A stretch of DNA of 64,000 nt from the human T2T-CHM13v2.0 reference genome, Homo sapiens. The notes under the pieces were generated by a model. The model saw nothing but the letters and a program-made list of their open reading frames with translations, did no database searches and had not been told where the DNA came from. The stretch lies in assembly GCF_009914755.1 (NCBI RefSeq), contig NC_060930.1. The stretch is one strand, 5' to 3'. Position 1 is the stretch's first letter; each line of letters starts with the position of its first letter. Positions 27,500 to 41,630 of the stretch are shown piece by piece. Made by a program: the position numbers and the translations under genes.

Positions 27500-30209
27500 T
27501 ATGTGTTCCTAATACATAGTGGAAGTAGAAGGCATGTGTCCAGGCATGACTGCCATATAGCAAGCGAAGTGTGGGATCAGAAACCAACTGATTACATACT
27601 TACTGAGGCTCCAACATTTACTAACTTTTCTTCTTTTCCACCGCTTCCCCTTCATTGGCATTAATCTGGGCACCACGAGTTTCATAGCAGTACCTTCCCT
27701 CACCACTGTCTGGTCTCTGGGCTTTGCCTTTTCTTCCTGACGCTGCTGCTGCTCTCCCTAGGAGACACTTCCAAGGACCTCTGTGGCCCGCTGGTGGGAG
27801 GCAGGATGGGGCAGCAGGGCCAGGAGCATGTGCTCTCCAAAGGGTGGGGCACAGATGCAACAGGCAGTGAAGTAGCTCTGGCTTACTAACCTTTGGGACC
27901 AGTGTGGGAATGTGTGGTTATTGGTGCTTCACTACTGGTGGCTGCTGTATCTCTTAGTTTATTTTCCTGTTGTTTCTATTCCCAAGATATTGAAGGAGTT
28001 AGCCCTACCTAGTGGCTGCCCCTACCCTCACTTGAGTTGTAGATTTTTTTGTGATTAGTTTTATTTTATTATTTTATATTTTTGATTTATGATAGGTCCT
28101 CTCCTACTCATCACCACCATTCCCAAGCCAAACTGTGACAAATCCAGTTCTTGTGTCCTGGGAAAGGGCCTTGCCAACCTCAGCACAGCTCTCCTGCCCC
28201 ATTTAACAGCCCAGGTGCTTTGATGGAGCCAGGAGGGCATGGCCAGGCTCCCGAATGGGGAGGGTTTGGAGCACCTGGCAAAATGACTCCTCCCCATCCA
28301 ACCTCCCCCTGCTGCACTCAGTTTCTCCTCTGGATTCAATATGTAATAAAGTTTGGAATTTGAAGAAGAAAAGTAGTTCATTTGCTTCTCTGTGCTTCTG
28401 TTTTCCCATGTGATAAATAAGGATCATAGTCACCTCTAACTCATAGGTGCTAACTCGTAGGTGGTTGGGAGAGAGCAAATGTGTCCATGCATGTAAAACT
28501 CTCCAAAAGGGCTTAATAAATACTAATATGATTATATTACTATTATTAATATGCTTGAAATTATCCAAGAAAAACACCTAACGTAAGGAAGAAGTAAGGT
28601 ATGAATGATTCTGAGAAGGACACAAAGAATGAGACAAAGAAAGAATGCTCTGAGGGGTTGGTGGAGGAGTGTTGGAGAATGGCTTAAGATGCTGAAGAAA
28701 GTATTTCCAAGAAGGTGAGAAAAGTCAAAATATAGTGGTACAGACAAGGCCCAGACTGTGTGAGACTAAGATGAGGTTTGTTGGTAGATCATTGGTAAGG
28801 TTAGGAGGAGACAGCTTATGAAAGTGGGGCTGGTGAAGGTTGAATTAACTGCTAAACCCTCCACCAAGCAAAGAGGACACAAATTGAAAACATTGCCTAT
28901 GTGTTTTAATGGGAACATGGAATAAATAAATGAATATATATTTACATATACTCAGAGGGAGAGGACTATCTTAAACAATTCAAGGTCATGAAGAGTATAT
29001 GTGGGAAAAGAAAAGGAAGATGACTGAGGAGTGTGGATTCTAGGATCCAGTCCTGCTGACACCTCCACCAGCTCTGTCTCCTTAGACAAGCTTCCTCTTT
29101 TTGGGCCTTGGTGCCTTCATCTGTAAAGAGGAAGGAGTTGGAATAGTTGATCTTCAGTGACACTGTCAGCTTTGTAATACCCATGTGTTCAAACCATTCA
29201 TCTTATCTTGGGTAATTATTTTTTAAATATTATTTCAAGATTTAATTTGTCAACTTGTATTCTTCCCCTACTGATAACTAAAAGGTAATTTAATGAGTTC
29301 GTAAATTCTGAAATGGAATTGGTATCAGTAGAATGATGATTATCATGGATTAAATATTATATTATTCTGCAAGGAAGATGTTTCTCCCAAGAAATCACAC
29401 TCCTGTGTTTATTTAGTTACTTAGTATTTTAAGATCCTCACTTATTTATCAAGGTATTTATAAAACATATATTCATTTATTTATTTATTCAATTTTGAGC
29501 AACTTCATGTGGCAAACACACCATTAGGTACAAGTGATACAGAGGTGAGTAGACCCAAACAAGATCCCTAGCAAATAGTGAAGACTGATATATGAACATG
29601 TAAATGACAATTTTGTATGAAAAGCACAACAGTGTGTGTGTCTAGAGAAGGGACTAATATTCTTTCACATGGGAGCAAGATGTCACTTTTAACACAATAT
29701 AGATAGACCTCATTCTTTCACTACTATTTTGCATTTCATTATATTACAGTTAAACATCTGTTATTTTTGAAGTTATTTTTAATTTTCTTGCTCAATAATT
29801 AAATTGAAATTTTGAATATAATATGACAAAAAGATCAAATTGGTATATTTTTACTGCTATCATTGCTTTTAGTTGAAGAGGTAAAAAGTTACGTATTTTT
29901 ACTCTTTATGCTTATTTATTTTTAACATTTAATAGTTAATAATTTTAATGTGCCTTTTTGTTTGTTGGAAGTCACTTTTTTGTATAACATCCTAAAATAT
30001 TATAAATATTTTTATTGATATGCCTGAATATGTTCAACTTGTAGGCAAATCCAAATGACCTCTATAAATAGTCTACACAGTAAGCAGTTCAAAAAGAAAT
30101 TACAATTCTGTAAATACTTTGTAGATACTAAAAGGAAATCTGATGGGTTTTTATGTATGTTTATGCCACTAACATTTCAGTAAACAATATACATTAAAGC
30201 AAATGAAAG

Positions 30210-30496
30210 AGCCTGTGCATGGTGGCTCAATTCTATAATCCTGGCACTTTGGGAGAAGCTCAAGATGAGCCTGGCAACATAAGGAGACCCTTTCTCTACG
30301 TAGAATTAAAACAAAAAATCGGCCAGATGTGGCAACACACGTCTGTAGTCCTAGTTACTCAAGAGACTAAGGAGGGAGGATGGCTTGAGCCCAGTAGTTT
30401 GCGGCTGCACAGTGAGCTAGGATCATGCCAGTGCACTCCAGCCTGGGCAACAGAGTGAGACCCCATCTCTAAAAAAAAGAAAGAAAAAAAAAGAAA
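30210..30496 (+). mobile_element. AluJ-like with left-arm deletion, ~100 bp upstream of the exon at 30598
   Basis: gatggcttgagcccag...gcactccagcctgggcaacagagtgagacccc plus A-rich tail. Confidence 0.85.
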
Positions 30497-30597
30497 ACTA
30501 AAGAGCTCTGCAGTTAGAGAGGTGCCTTTGACAATTGTTTATTGCCAAAATTTTTTAAACACTACTGACATTCAAGTCCCTTTGTTTAAAATTGCAG

Positions 30598-30699
30598 CAC
30601 CTTATGAAATATGCCCTGAGGATTATCTGATGTCGATGGTGTGGAAAAGAACTCCAGCAGGCGACTTGGCATTCAATCAATGTCCCCTGAATGCCACAG
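30598..30699 (+). CDS. ADGRB3: ADGRB3 coding exon (probably exon 9), HRM domain first half
   Basis: ttgcag| ... acag|gtacag; 102 nt, phase 1-1. Translates (A)[33 protein letters not shown](G). Confidence 0.96.
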
Positions 30700-31068
30700 G
30701 TACAGTAGGATGACCCACCCAAACCCTAGTGATAATCCCCATCCAAGAACAGCATGCAGTGTTGGTTTATGAAGTCATGTTTTTGTCTTATATCCATAAA
30801 TAAGTCTGTCCAATAAGCAAATAATGAAACAATTTTAGTAAAGTGCTTCATAAATGAAGCCAATGAAGAGATATAGAAAATATTGCTGGTGTAATTGTTT
30901 CTCAGTGTGACTAATATGCATTATAAAAATAATCAAAATATCAATTTCATGTGCATGTTTTTTAAAGAAAAAAAGTACAAACTTAATTTTTAGCCTGATT
31001 CCCAGCTAAGTGTGATGCCTTCAAACATCCCTATTATAAAGCTTCTCTCTGTTCTTTGTGACACACAG

Positions 31069-31175
31069 GCACCACTAGCAGACGCTGCTCTCTCAGTCTT
31101 CATGGAGTGGCCTTCTGGGAACAGCCGAGCTTTGCAAGATGCATATCAAATGAGTACAGACACTTGCAGCATTCA
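31069..31175 (+). CDS. ADGRB3: ADGRB3 coding exon (probably exon 10), HRM domain second half (not in ORF track)
   Basis: cttctctctgttctttgtgacacacag| ... tca|gtaggt; 107 nt, phase 1-0. Translates (G)[35 protein letters not shown], in frame with both neighbouring exons. Confidence 0.95.
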
Positions 31176-32263
31176 GTAGGTGCAAAGCCAGCTTTAGTAC
31201 TTGCTCTGTTTATTTTTTGCTAATGATCACTGTGTGAGAATTTAACCTTCTGCTGTACAATCAAATCAGTAACATCTCTAAAAAAGAAATGCCTGAAGGA
31301 GAAAGCAATGTGATAGAAAGCTAATTTTTATAGGTCAGTGCTAAATTGTTTTGTTCCTAGGACTTGGGTTTTTATGGATCCTGCTATTTAAATGAAAGAA
31401 CCCTTTGTCTAGTGGGGGAAAGGCCTGAGCAAAATCTGTTATTCAGTTTTACCTATAAAAGTTAAACATATGCATTATGGTTGGCTTAAGTCTGTGTTAA
31501 ATACTTATTTTAAAATATCATACATTTTAAAATTAAATTATTTAAATTTGCAGTAGTTGGACAGTGATAAAGCTGTGTCACTTAGCTATCAAATTTCTCA
31601 CTGCAGTTTGAGATTAAGACATTAAAATAAATGACAGTGTTATTGCACCAGAGAAACTTAATTACTCCCAAAAGATTACATGGGCCAAATTTTCCAAAAA
31701 ATAGCTCTTCTTTTCCCACATATCATTGACTTATTCACAGAGTATGATGCATGAATATTTTGAGCATAGTTACATTTTGCTTGGTATTTTACAAGTACAA
31801 GTCATTGTCATTACTGCAGACTGTTGTCATTTCATCCTGACAGTCAACAGGGCCTCCATACATGAATAAACACTGTAGGGTGTAGAACAAAATATGAACA
31901 TGAGCCAACTGGGAAGTTTAATCTTGGCAGGAGTGATGTTTACTTAAATGCCTTTATGTTTTGTTGTGCTTATATTTTCTTTTACTGTTCTTACTGTCAC
32001 TCAAAAATATACATAACTTTTGTAAGAATCCTAAAGAGTATTCTTGCTTGTGGATGGAGAAATAGCTTATACAATAACAACCCCTATCAACTAATAGAAT
32101 TAGTATTTGTTTCATTATCAGAAAAAGAAAAGCATTTTTTTAAAATCTGAAAGTCAAATTCTGTACAGCATGTTTCCTTATGAAACTTGGAGTTAAATTT
32201 ATCATTATTTAACTATCTGGAGAATTATTTCTGTCATTATATATACTTATGTATATCTATATA

Positions 32264-32691
32264 CAGTTGACCCTTGAATAATGTGGCCGTTAGGGGCGCC
32301 AACACCCAGGGCAGTCGAAAATCCATATGTAACTTTTGACTCCCTTCACATTTACTAATAGCCTGTTCTTGACCAGTAAGGAAGGCTCACCGATAACAAA
32401 AACAGTTTATTAACACATATTCCATATGTTACATATATTTTGTACTGTATTTTTACAATAAAGTAAGCTAGAGAAAAGAAAATGTTATTAAGAAAGTCAT
32501 AAAGAAGATAAATTATATTTGCTTGAATAGTGGAAGTGGATTATTATAAAAGTCTTCATCCTCATTATCTTTAGGCTGAGAAGGAGAAAGAGGAGGGGTT
32601 GGTCTTGCAGGCTCAGGAGTGGCAGAGGCAATACAAAATCTGCATGTAAGTGGACTGCACAGTTCAAACCTGTGTTGTTCAAGGGCCATTG
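32264..32691 (-). mobile_element. Tigger2a (MER28)-like DNA transposon
   Basis: TIRs cagttgacccttgaa / ttcaagggccattg; internal gaggaggggttggtcttgc...ggagtggcagaggc. Confidence 0.8.
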
Positions 32692-34104
32692 CTACAGATA
32701 TGTGTATAGCAGTAATTGATGATTATTTGGCTATATACAGCCTTATTTCTGTTGTAAATATATACTTACAATATAGAAAAATATATATTTTTTTATATTT
32801 ATCACATAAACATAAAGTTTTATATTTATATATCATATAATATGCATTATATTGATATAAATTCAAAAATAGAAATATAAATAAGATTTTATATTTATAT
32901 ATTATATGCAGATATATAAATATAAATATACACATGTATTTTTTATAGTCTTTTTTTGTTTCTATTTAGAGACAAAAATATATATAAGTGAGGGAATATA
33001 ACATATAGCTTAGCTTCATAATATAAAATGTAAGAATATGAAATATAAAGCTTCTTTTATTAATAGCTGTCAATAACTCAGACCATTATATTTCAAAATT
33101 AGGTATAAGTAAAAATGTATAAATTAAATTTTAATGGATTTTTTTTTCTAATTTTAGTCATTAGACTTTGTTTAATTATATCCATATTCAGTTCTTGTTC
33201 AGTCGTGGTGATGAATGGGAATAATTACAGGGATTAAGTAAATAACAGAGCAATCTTTACAAATTTGCTAAGAATTAATAGTATCACTTTTGTTGCAGAA
33301 AATTTTCACTTTCCAAATGTACTGTTTTGTACTGCAACATTTAAATGGGGTTTCATTCTTGAGTGCAGGCCATCTGATAATGGATTAAGATAGATACACT
33401 CAGTGAAATAGAAGAAATGAAATCTCAAAGTGTGAATCCTGTTGAAATTATTCAGTCAATAATTGACAGCAAATATGAATATGCCCTTGTTGACTTGGGT
33501 ACAATTATCAGGTGCATGATCTTGTATAGTAAAAAGCTGCCTCTGTTTATTCGGTTCCTACATAGTACTAGGCACTAGGCTGGAAACTTTCATAAATGAA
33601 TCCCAGTCCTCACAAGAATCTGCAAGATGGGTGTCCATGCTGCAGTTTACATAAAAAGAATCTGAATATCTGTCGGGGAGCAGTCACTTCAGTGAGGTAA
33701 AGAGTGAAAAGTATGCCCTAGGCGCAATTGTTCCAAAACCTAATCTCTTTTCTTTAGGCCATTCAACCTTCTGAACTTTTGATATGAAATCATCTGTCTT
33801 ATACTCTATTGCTGGGAGCAGTATTTTCTGCTTACATGTTCTTAGGAAAAGTCATATGATCACACTCAAGTCTTAGCTTGCTATTTACAAAATGGAATTG
33901 GTTCCATCATCTTAGCACCTGTGGAAGTTTTGGAATGGAACAAATGAGATATGTGGAATAATCATACATTGTGAAAGAGTTGTGTAACAATGGGCATTAA
34001 TATTTCTGGGTTCAGAAAATTGATTTTGAGTTTAAAGTATTGTTTCAATAAGAATAAAATTTTGGAACTCAACATATTGTTAATTTGAGCTGTACCTGTA
34101 GAAA

Positions 34105-34225
34105 AGTATAGATAAATTAGATATGGATAGATGGTTGGATAGGTAGGTAGGTAGGTAGATAGATACATAGATAGATAGGTAGGTAGATAGATACACAGAT
34201 AGATGATAGAGATAAGATAGATGTT
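34105..34225 (+). repeat. Compound (GATA/GGTA)n tetranucleotide repeat
   Basis: Directly visible. Confidence 0.9.
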
Positions 34226-37200
34226 GCATATATTTTGGCATATGAATTATGCTTAAATACATGTATGAAATATACACACACATTTGTACATGCATACATA
34301 CACAAATCTAGGGCTTGCCTAAAGAGCATGATCTTTTTACATGTTCAGTAAAGTATAGAATGAATGAATGTATGCTTTCAATAATGCTTATGTCACACAT
34401 CAGCCTCATCATCCACACTCTGCATACTCAATTGGAAACAGAAATGAGATCAACATTTCTGCATAGGCTTACTCATTCTGTTGCTTTGCTAAGTCATGCT
34501 TTGTCTAAGTAGCAAAACTGGATAGTATTTGTGATATAGAACATTTGAGACTTCCTCAAATTCTTAAATTAGTTTGGAGACTGTGCATTTTTCTCCTCTA
34601 GTAGAGTTTATCATTTCAACATTTAATCCTTGAGAGATTTCATTTCCTTACCCTTCTATATTCTAAAAGTTCATTCAATAATAATTAATTATAATCTACT
34701 GTAGAAAAATATTTAAAATAGGGAGCTCTATGTTTTCCAACTATTTGAAACATAGATTACAATATATGTGTATACCTACTTTATAAATATATAGCAATCA
34801 CCTAAATTTGAAATGAAATTTTATCATTAATAAACATTAGTTGTGTATGTTCTATGAACTCTCAATTATAAACCAGTTGAGGTAAACAAAAGGGCCATCA
34901 ATAAGTTTAAGATATAAAATCACTAATCTGTCATGTTGGACATTTGGTTTTTTTCTTTTTTTGTAAATCTTCATTGCTATAGTTCCTAACATAATACTAA
35001 GCATATACTATTAATAAATATTTCAAAGATTTTTGAGTAAAGCACGACTTTGCTACTTTTCTTATAAGTAGAAGGATACTAGCAGCTGGAGAGTTCTGAG
35101 AAGGTGATACACCAGACTTAATGTTTATGCATGTTAACCACATGAAAGGAACAAGTATAAGCCTTCATGTGCAATTTCTCCAGCCCCCAAATACCTAGAA
35201 ATGTGTAGTGATTGGTGACATCACTTTATGAAATTATTCGGCCATTGTATAACAATTTCAATTAGTTAATACTTATGAAGTTTATTTGGAAGCCTTATAA
35301 GATGCAAAGTTAGACACTATCATATCAATGTTGTTTTTTAAAAAAGACACAAATACACTTATCCAATTAAATAAAATTGAGAATATGAGAACAAAGTGCT
35401 AAACGTTGTGAGATTCTTGGAAAGTTTAAATTTTTAATATGTTAATGTTTCATTTGATACTCTGGAGTATTTTTTGAATTGTATACCAGAAAAAGTAAAC
35501 ATAATTGCAGAATTCTTGAAAAATAGGCACAGGAGTCAAATAAATTAACAATATCATTTCTTATTACTTATAAGCTATTTGGAGAACATGACTAAATATT
35601 GTAGTCCAGTGGGCCAGCCTACACTTGAACAAATAGACTTATTTTGTCTTTGGTATATGTGAACAATCACAGGCAACATTCTCTTTCTGTCTCTCTTCTC
35701 TCTCCTCTTCCTCCTCTTCCTCTCTTTTACATACATACAAACACACACCTGGGGAGACAAGCTGTGTGTAATTGGCAGAATGTATGCCCCTGTAGGTAGA
35801 CAAATCTAAAGCAAAGGGAGTTGATCCAAGCATACCAATGCTTTCTCCTAAATTTATTGGACAGGTATATCACTCCTCCTTCCCTGGAGATGAGTGAGTG
35901 ATGAAGATGGAGAAAGGCTAAAGATACTACTCTAATGGAAGCTCTTCCATAGGGAAATATGAAGAGTTAGGTATAAATATCCCCTTTTAGGTTATTGTTC
36001 CTTAAAACTCTGTTTCTATGATTCAAATCTTCATTAAACAAACAAATACAAATGTTGGAGTGATTATTTAGTCATCTTTACCTAACATTTTTTACAGATG
36101 TTAAAGAACTTGAATCCCATTTAAGGACTTTATTTCTCCTACTTTCCTCTACTCTTATGGGTAGTTTATTAGAACAGTTAGCTGGAGCTACAGACAGAGA
36201 GACCAAGAGAGACAAAGAAACTGAGACAAAGAGAAAGAGACAGAAAGTAGGAGAATATTTGCTTTCCTTTTTTCTCCCTACTTTCTCTCAAGTTAATGAA
36301 ACAAAACTCCTCACATATCACACTTTTTTGGTCACCATCTGATTGCACAAATGCTCAGCACATTGCCTAAAAGACGATAACACATTTTATTACTTCAGCT
36401 TATTTGGGGGAAGAAAACAAAACAATACCATCATAGGTCTCGTTTACAACAAATATGTATTGAGCTAAAAAGTATGCCTGTCTTATTGTTTCTTCAATGA
36501 GCAATTAAGAAACCAGTAAACAAATGCCGAGGTTCAGCTGGTCATAGGAACTAGCAGATGGATTTAATTTTCAAGTATTCACCAATTAGGTGGGAGTGAG
36601 TGAGCCTGTGAGACAGGAGTTACCTGTTCTGCAAATTCTATGTAATATAATAAGGCTGGAACGTGACAAGTCATGGAAAAGCAGGGAGCACCTAAATCAG
36701 TAGTTCTTAATCCTGACAACATTATTATCACATGGAAGTTCTTAACCCTGAATCAATAAGAAAGTCACTCCAGACCAATTAAACAGGATTGTTACCAGAC
36801 CGTAGTACACATTCAGTAACTGTTATTATTATTACTAATTATAACATTGATTTTTGCATCCATATACATGTATTTCTAACTACATGGTCCTCTCATGAAA
36901 TCATGTGGACAACTTAGTACTCAAGACATAGCATTTTACTGCCTTTTAATTCTTGTCACCACGCTCCAAAATGTTGTGAGTACTCACTTACGGAATTCAA
37001 ATAATCATTGCAGAACCCAACAATAACAAGGAAAAGTTAGAGTATTGCTCTCTCTAAAATGGGCAGAAGTCTCTTTATTTTATTCAGAACCTATCTGTTA
37101 GAATTTTGAGATCTGAGTTCAGCTCCACAGTTATGGAGTTTTTAACATGTGGTCTTGAATAAAATTATGTGTTCACTGTGTTTACAGCAAATAGTAATAG

Positions 37201-37387
37201 CTCATATTTATTGAAGCTGATGGGAAACAAACAAACTTGGAAGGGAGGTGTTACTTAAATCTTTCTTTTCTAAGCAATTCATATGTCAGAGTTTACAACA
37301 TATTTCAGAAGTTCCTAATGAGTTTTCCATTATGCCTGTAAAACTTTCAATTGTATTGACTTTATGTATTGTATTATAAGTCTAGAA

Positions 37388-37606
37388 CAGGGCTGGTGAA
37401 CTGCTTCTATAAGAACAAGATAGTAAATACTTTAGACTTTACATGCCATATGGCTTATGTTGCAACTATTCAACTCTGCTTTGTAGTACAAGAGCACAGC
37501 TACAGACAGTAAATAACAAATGGGCATGGCTGTGTTTCAGCAAAACTTATACAAAAACAAGCAATGGGTTGGATTTGGCCTGCAGGCTGTAGTTTACTGA
37601 CTCCTA
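37388..37606 (+). mobile_element. MER58A hAT-Charlie MITE with intact 8-bp TSD
   Basis: Typical body (gatagtaaatactttagacttt...ggatttggcctgcaggctgtagttt); TSD gtctagaa at 37380-37387 and 37607-37614. Confidence 0.88.
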
Positions 37607-37607
37607 G

Positions 37608-37988
<381 letters not shown>

Positions 37989-39202
37989 ACATTTATAACT
38001 CTAAGATCTGCATAATCTGTGAGTCTACTTTGCTTTTCTTTTTGTCTGTCGTATCTCCTGGCCACTTTTCATATCCGGTAATATTTTATTGAATGTCAGA
38101 CATTGCATAAAATAAACATATGGGTTTCAAATCATACTGGCTAATGTATCCCAAAAAGTATCCTTCCTTTCCTTAGCTATTCAAATACAGTGAGGAGTTG
38201 ATACTTTAATTCATTCGGAAATTGATCTGGGTCAGGGCTGTTTTGCACTTTTAATAAGACTATATCTGCTTAGGCTGCCTTTCTCCATGATGTTTGTAGA
38301 GCCTACATGTGCCCATCCTGTCAGCTCTGAGAGACAGAGGGAGATTCAGCTCAGCCTTCAGAAGTTGCTAGTTCCATGTTCTAGCTTTCTGCCCAAGCAA
38401 CTTCAAAATCTATCAACTGTCTTGAGGGTGAGACCAGCTGGGTGCTTAACACTGGACTCTTCCCTAAGTTCCCAAAGCTCTTAAAGGAAAGGGAAAATTG
38501 CAATTCTGCATTTAAGAAGTCTTCATCCTATCTCCTCAGCTTTTTACACAGGGCAGAAGCTCAGCAAATGTCTCACGAGAAAAAAAATCTCAGCAGGATT
38601 TTTAGGGCCCCTCAAATTTTCACTATATTTTTCCATCTCTGGCCAACCAAATTATATTCATTTATCTTTCTACCCGAGAGGTGCTCTGCCTCACCCGTGC
38701 TTGACCCTCAATTCTTACCCAGAATTAAGAAACTTTCGCAGGAGAAAAAGAAATGAATTAAATATTTGGCTTACCTCAGAAAAGATCTCTACTTTCTGGA
38801 AATTTAGTTCATCTCATTCTCACTACTTACATAGCTCTCTGATGTCCTTGAAAGTGTCATTTTTGTAATTTATGTGAGTTTTTCTAGTTGCAATGACAAA
38901 ATCATTGGTCTTATATAAGTGAGACATTATCCCAAACCAATAAATTTAAATTGTATTATAAAAAAGAAAAATAATCTTTAGTCACATATGATTGTGTTCC
39001 CTTGGAAATTTTAAGGAAGCCTAATATGTATATGAAATATCTCTAATAAATATACTTTTTTTCTATTTTTAACCTTATAACTTACTACTGATTATATCAC
39101 TAAAAGCTGAGGAGATTTTTAAGCTTCTCCCAAAGTATGCCTTTAGTGTGGCTTGGAGGATAAATGTTAGAGTCAGTTTTAGGCATTGAAACTTTTTGAA
39201 GT

Positions 39203-39246
39203 GTCTTCACGGCCATACCACTCTGAATGGGCCTGATCTTGTCTGA
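39203..39246 (+). pseudogene. 5S rRNA 5'-fragment retropseudogene (tailless) with TSD
   Basis: gtct(tc)acggccataccactctgaatgggcctgatcttgtctga vs the 5S 5' end GTCTACGGCCATACCACCCTGAACGCGCCCGATCTCGTCTGA; flanking 17-bp direct repeats. Confidence 0.88.
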
Positions 39247-41018
39247 AAGTTTTTGAAGTGAAACTTATTTATAGGATAGAATATAATTGTATAGTATATA
39301 ACATATATATAGTATATATATAATTGTATAGTATAATTGTAATTGAATATAATTGTATAGAAAAGTATATTTAGACTAATACCAAAGGGAAAAAAATTAC
39401 AAAAGAAACTATACTGTGTTATTCAATCATTTATGTATCCATTCATCTACCCATTAATTCATTATACAGATAATCATTGACCTTTAACTATGTGCCAAGT
39501 AGAGCTCAAGGACCTGGAGAAGCAACTTGAATGTAACACACAATAAATTCAATGTAAATATAAATAGACAGGAGATGCGATTAAAAATAATTACAAATTC
39601 TTATATGTTAAAGGAAATTAGCAGGGTGCCAACATACAGAATAATGTTTGGAAACGACTTCAGATTAAAATAAAATAAAATAAAAAACAGTGAGGTCTCT
39701 CTATTTCTTCTTAGAAATAACATTTAATACTGTGACCTGAAAGATGAGATGAATGCATGAGATAAACATGTAAACGGTAGAGAGAATGACTATGTCAGGA
39801 AATGACAGCACATTCCATGTAGCGAAAATAACATATGGAAATACCTTGAGGTCTTTAAGAAAGCAAAAAGATCTACTGGCCAGAGGTAGTAAGCAAGAAG
39901 AGAGTGTCATGACATGAGGCTGGAGAGAGCTGTGCCTTAAGGCCTTTGCTAGGAGTTTGGATTTAATACTAAGTGCAATGGGAACGCATTGAGAAGAGGG
40001 ATGGTTTGATTAGATCTAATTAAAGAGGGTCATATGAGGTTTCTATGGAGGATAGACCATAGGGTGGCAGGACTGGAAACTTTGAAACCTGCTGCAGTAA
40101 TCCAGACGAGAGATGATGGTGTCTTTTATTAAGGTTAGTAATCACATTTGGCTGGTTATAATGTCATTTTTCTGAGGCAGGGAAGGCAGGGCCATGAGGA
40201 ATAATTTGGGACAGATGAGGTTTTGGGTTGTCAAAGGTTGTTTCTATTAAATCTGGAGAATGTAATTGGATATGGGAGTCGGAAACTCAGATTCTAATTT
40301 CTGGACAGGAAATAATTTTGGAAGTCATCAACACAAAGAACAGGAGATTAGGAAGTAAAAAATGGTTGTGTATTTATCCCTTTCTAAATTTTGATAATGA
40401 ATGAGAGCAGAAGAATAGGGTAGTAGTTAGGAGGATGTGTAAGGCCAAAAAAGGGTTTTGTATTATTTTGTTTTGTTTTAAATGAGAAATATTATAACAT
40501 TTTTATATGTTAAAATAAATGATCCAGTAAAAATTTAGAAGAGAAACATGAAAAATTAAAGAAAACCCAAGAAGGCAAAAAGAAATGTTAGCCATAGCAA
40601 AAGTCAAAAAATTAACTTTGGTAGGAAAAAAGATACTTTCTCCTTTATAACCAGAGGAAAGCAGATGGGAAAGATGAATACAGTGAAAAGAGCTTAGTGG
40701 GTTTTGTGTGGGAGAGATTATGGGGTTTTCATCTGATGGATTTTTTTTTCTCCATTTAGTATGAGGCAGGATCATTAGCTAAGAGTGAGGATTTAGGAGG
40801 AAATGTGTGTCTTTCCAAGAGAGATGAAAAGGTATAAAACAGTAATTTCCAGAAGGTTGAAAATAAGCCTATTAGAGAAATATAATAGGATTAGCAGGCT
40901 GCATTGTACAACCTGAAGTCTGAAATACAGAATTTAGAGTATAGCTGTCAGTTTAGTTATGATTTTTCTCCAACAAAGTTGAGCTACTTGTATGCAGGTG
41001 CAGGGAAGGTATTTGTTA

Positions 41019-41186
41019 AAGCCTTGCTATTCAGAATGTTTTCTGAGGACCAGAAGTGTCCGCAGCACCTGAGAGCTTGTTAGAAATGTAGCATCTTAGA
41101 CTGCCCCAGACTTACGTTATCAGAATCAGCAACTTTGAAAAGTGCTCTTTGTGATTCACTGCACATTAAAGTTTGAGAAACACTGT
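41019..41186. mobile_element. MER5-family MITE
   Basis: cacctgagagcttgttagaaatgtag...cagaatcagc...cacattaaagtttgagaaacactg. Confidence 0.7.
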
Positions 41187-41299
41187 GGTAGATTTTATCC
41201 AGCGTTGATATTTTGATGAATCAATCCATTGGCATTAGAGAGAGGCAAAGAAGTAAAATGACTGTTAGTTAGCATCATACCATCACAAAACATATTATA

Positions 41300-41630
41300 T
41301 TAGGTGATATCTGATTTTCCTCTTCTGGGCATATGGGAGGATTGTACTTCCTCACCCCCTTGATGTTAGGTACCTATGTGACTAGTTCTGGTCAATTGGT
41401 TGTGCATGGAGGTGACCATTGCCATGTCAGGCCTGAGAGTGTCATTCATTGCCATTGCAAGGTCTTTTATCCTCCATCATCTCAAGCCCTTGAAGGACTG
41501 TAATAAACAGAGCCTCCCTGATGATGTGGGTTGCATATGCAGTGTGATAAATATTCCTTTGTGGCTTTCAGGTACTGAGATTTTGAAGTAGTTAGTACAG
41601 CATAATCTATCCTATTCTGACTGGTGTACA
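41300..41630 (+). mobile_element. MLT1I/J-like MaLR LTR
   Basis: tgtgactagttctggtcaat...actgagattttg...cagcataatctatcctattctgactggtgtaca. Confidence 0.65.

Noticed and set aside
32750-33060. Very AT-rich stretch
   Set aside because: Low-complexity (TA)-derived sequence with no higher-order structure seen.
39203-39246. Functional 5S rRNA gene
   Set aside because: Only about a third of the length, mutated, and lacking the internal promoter and terminator.
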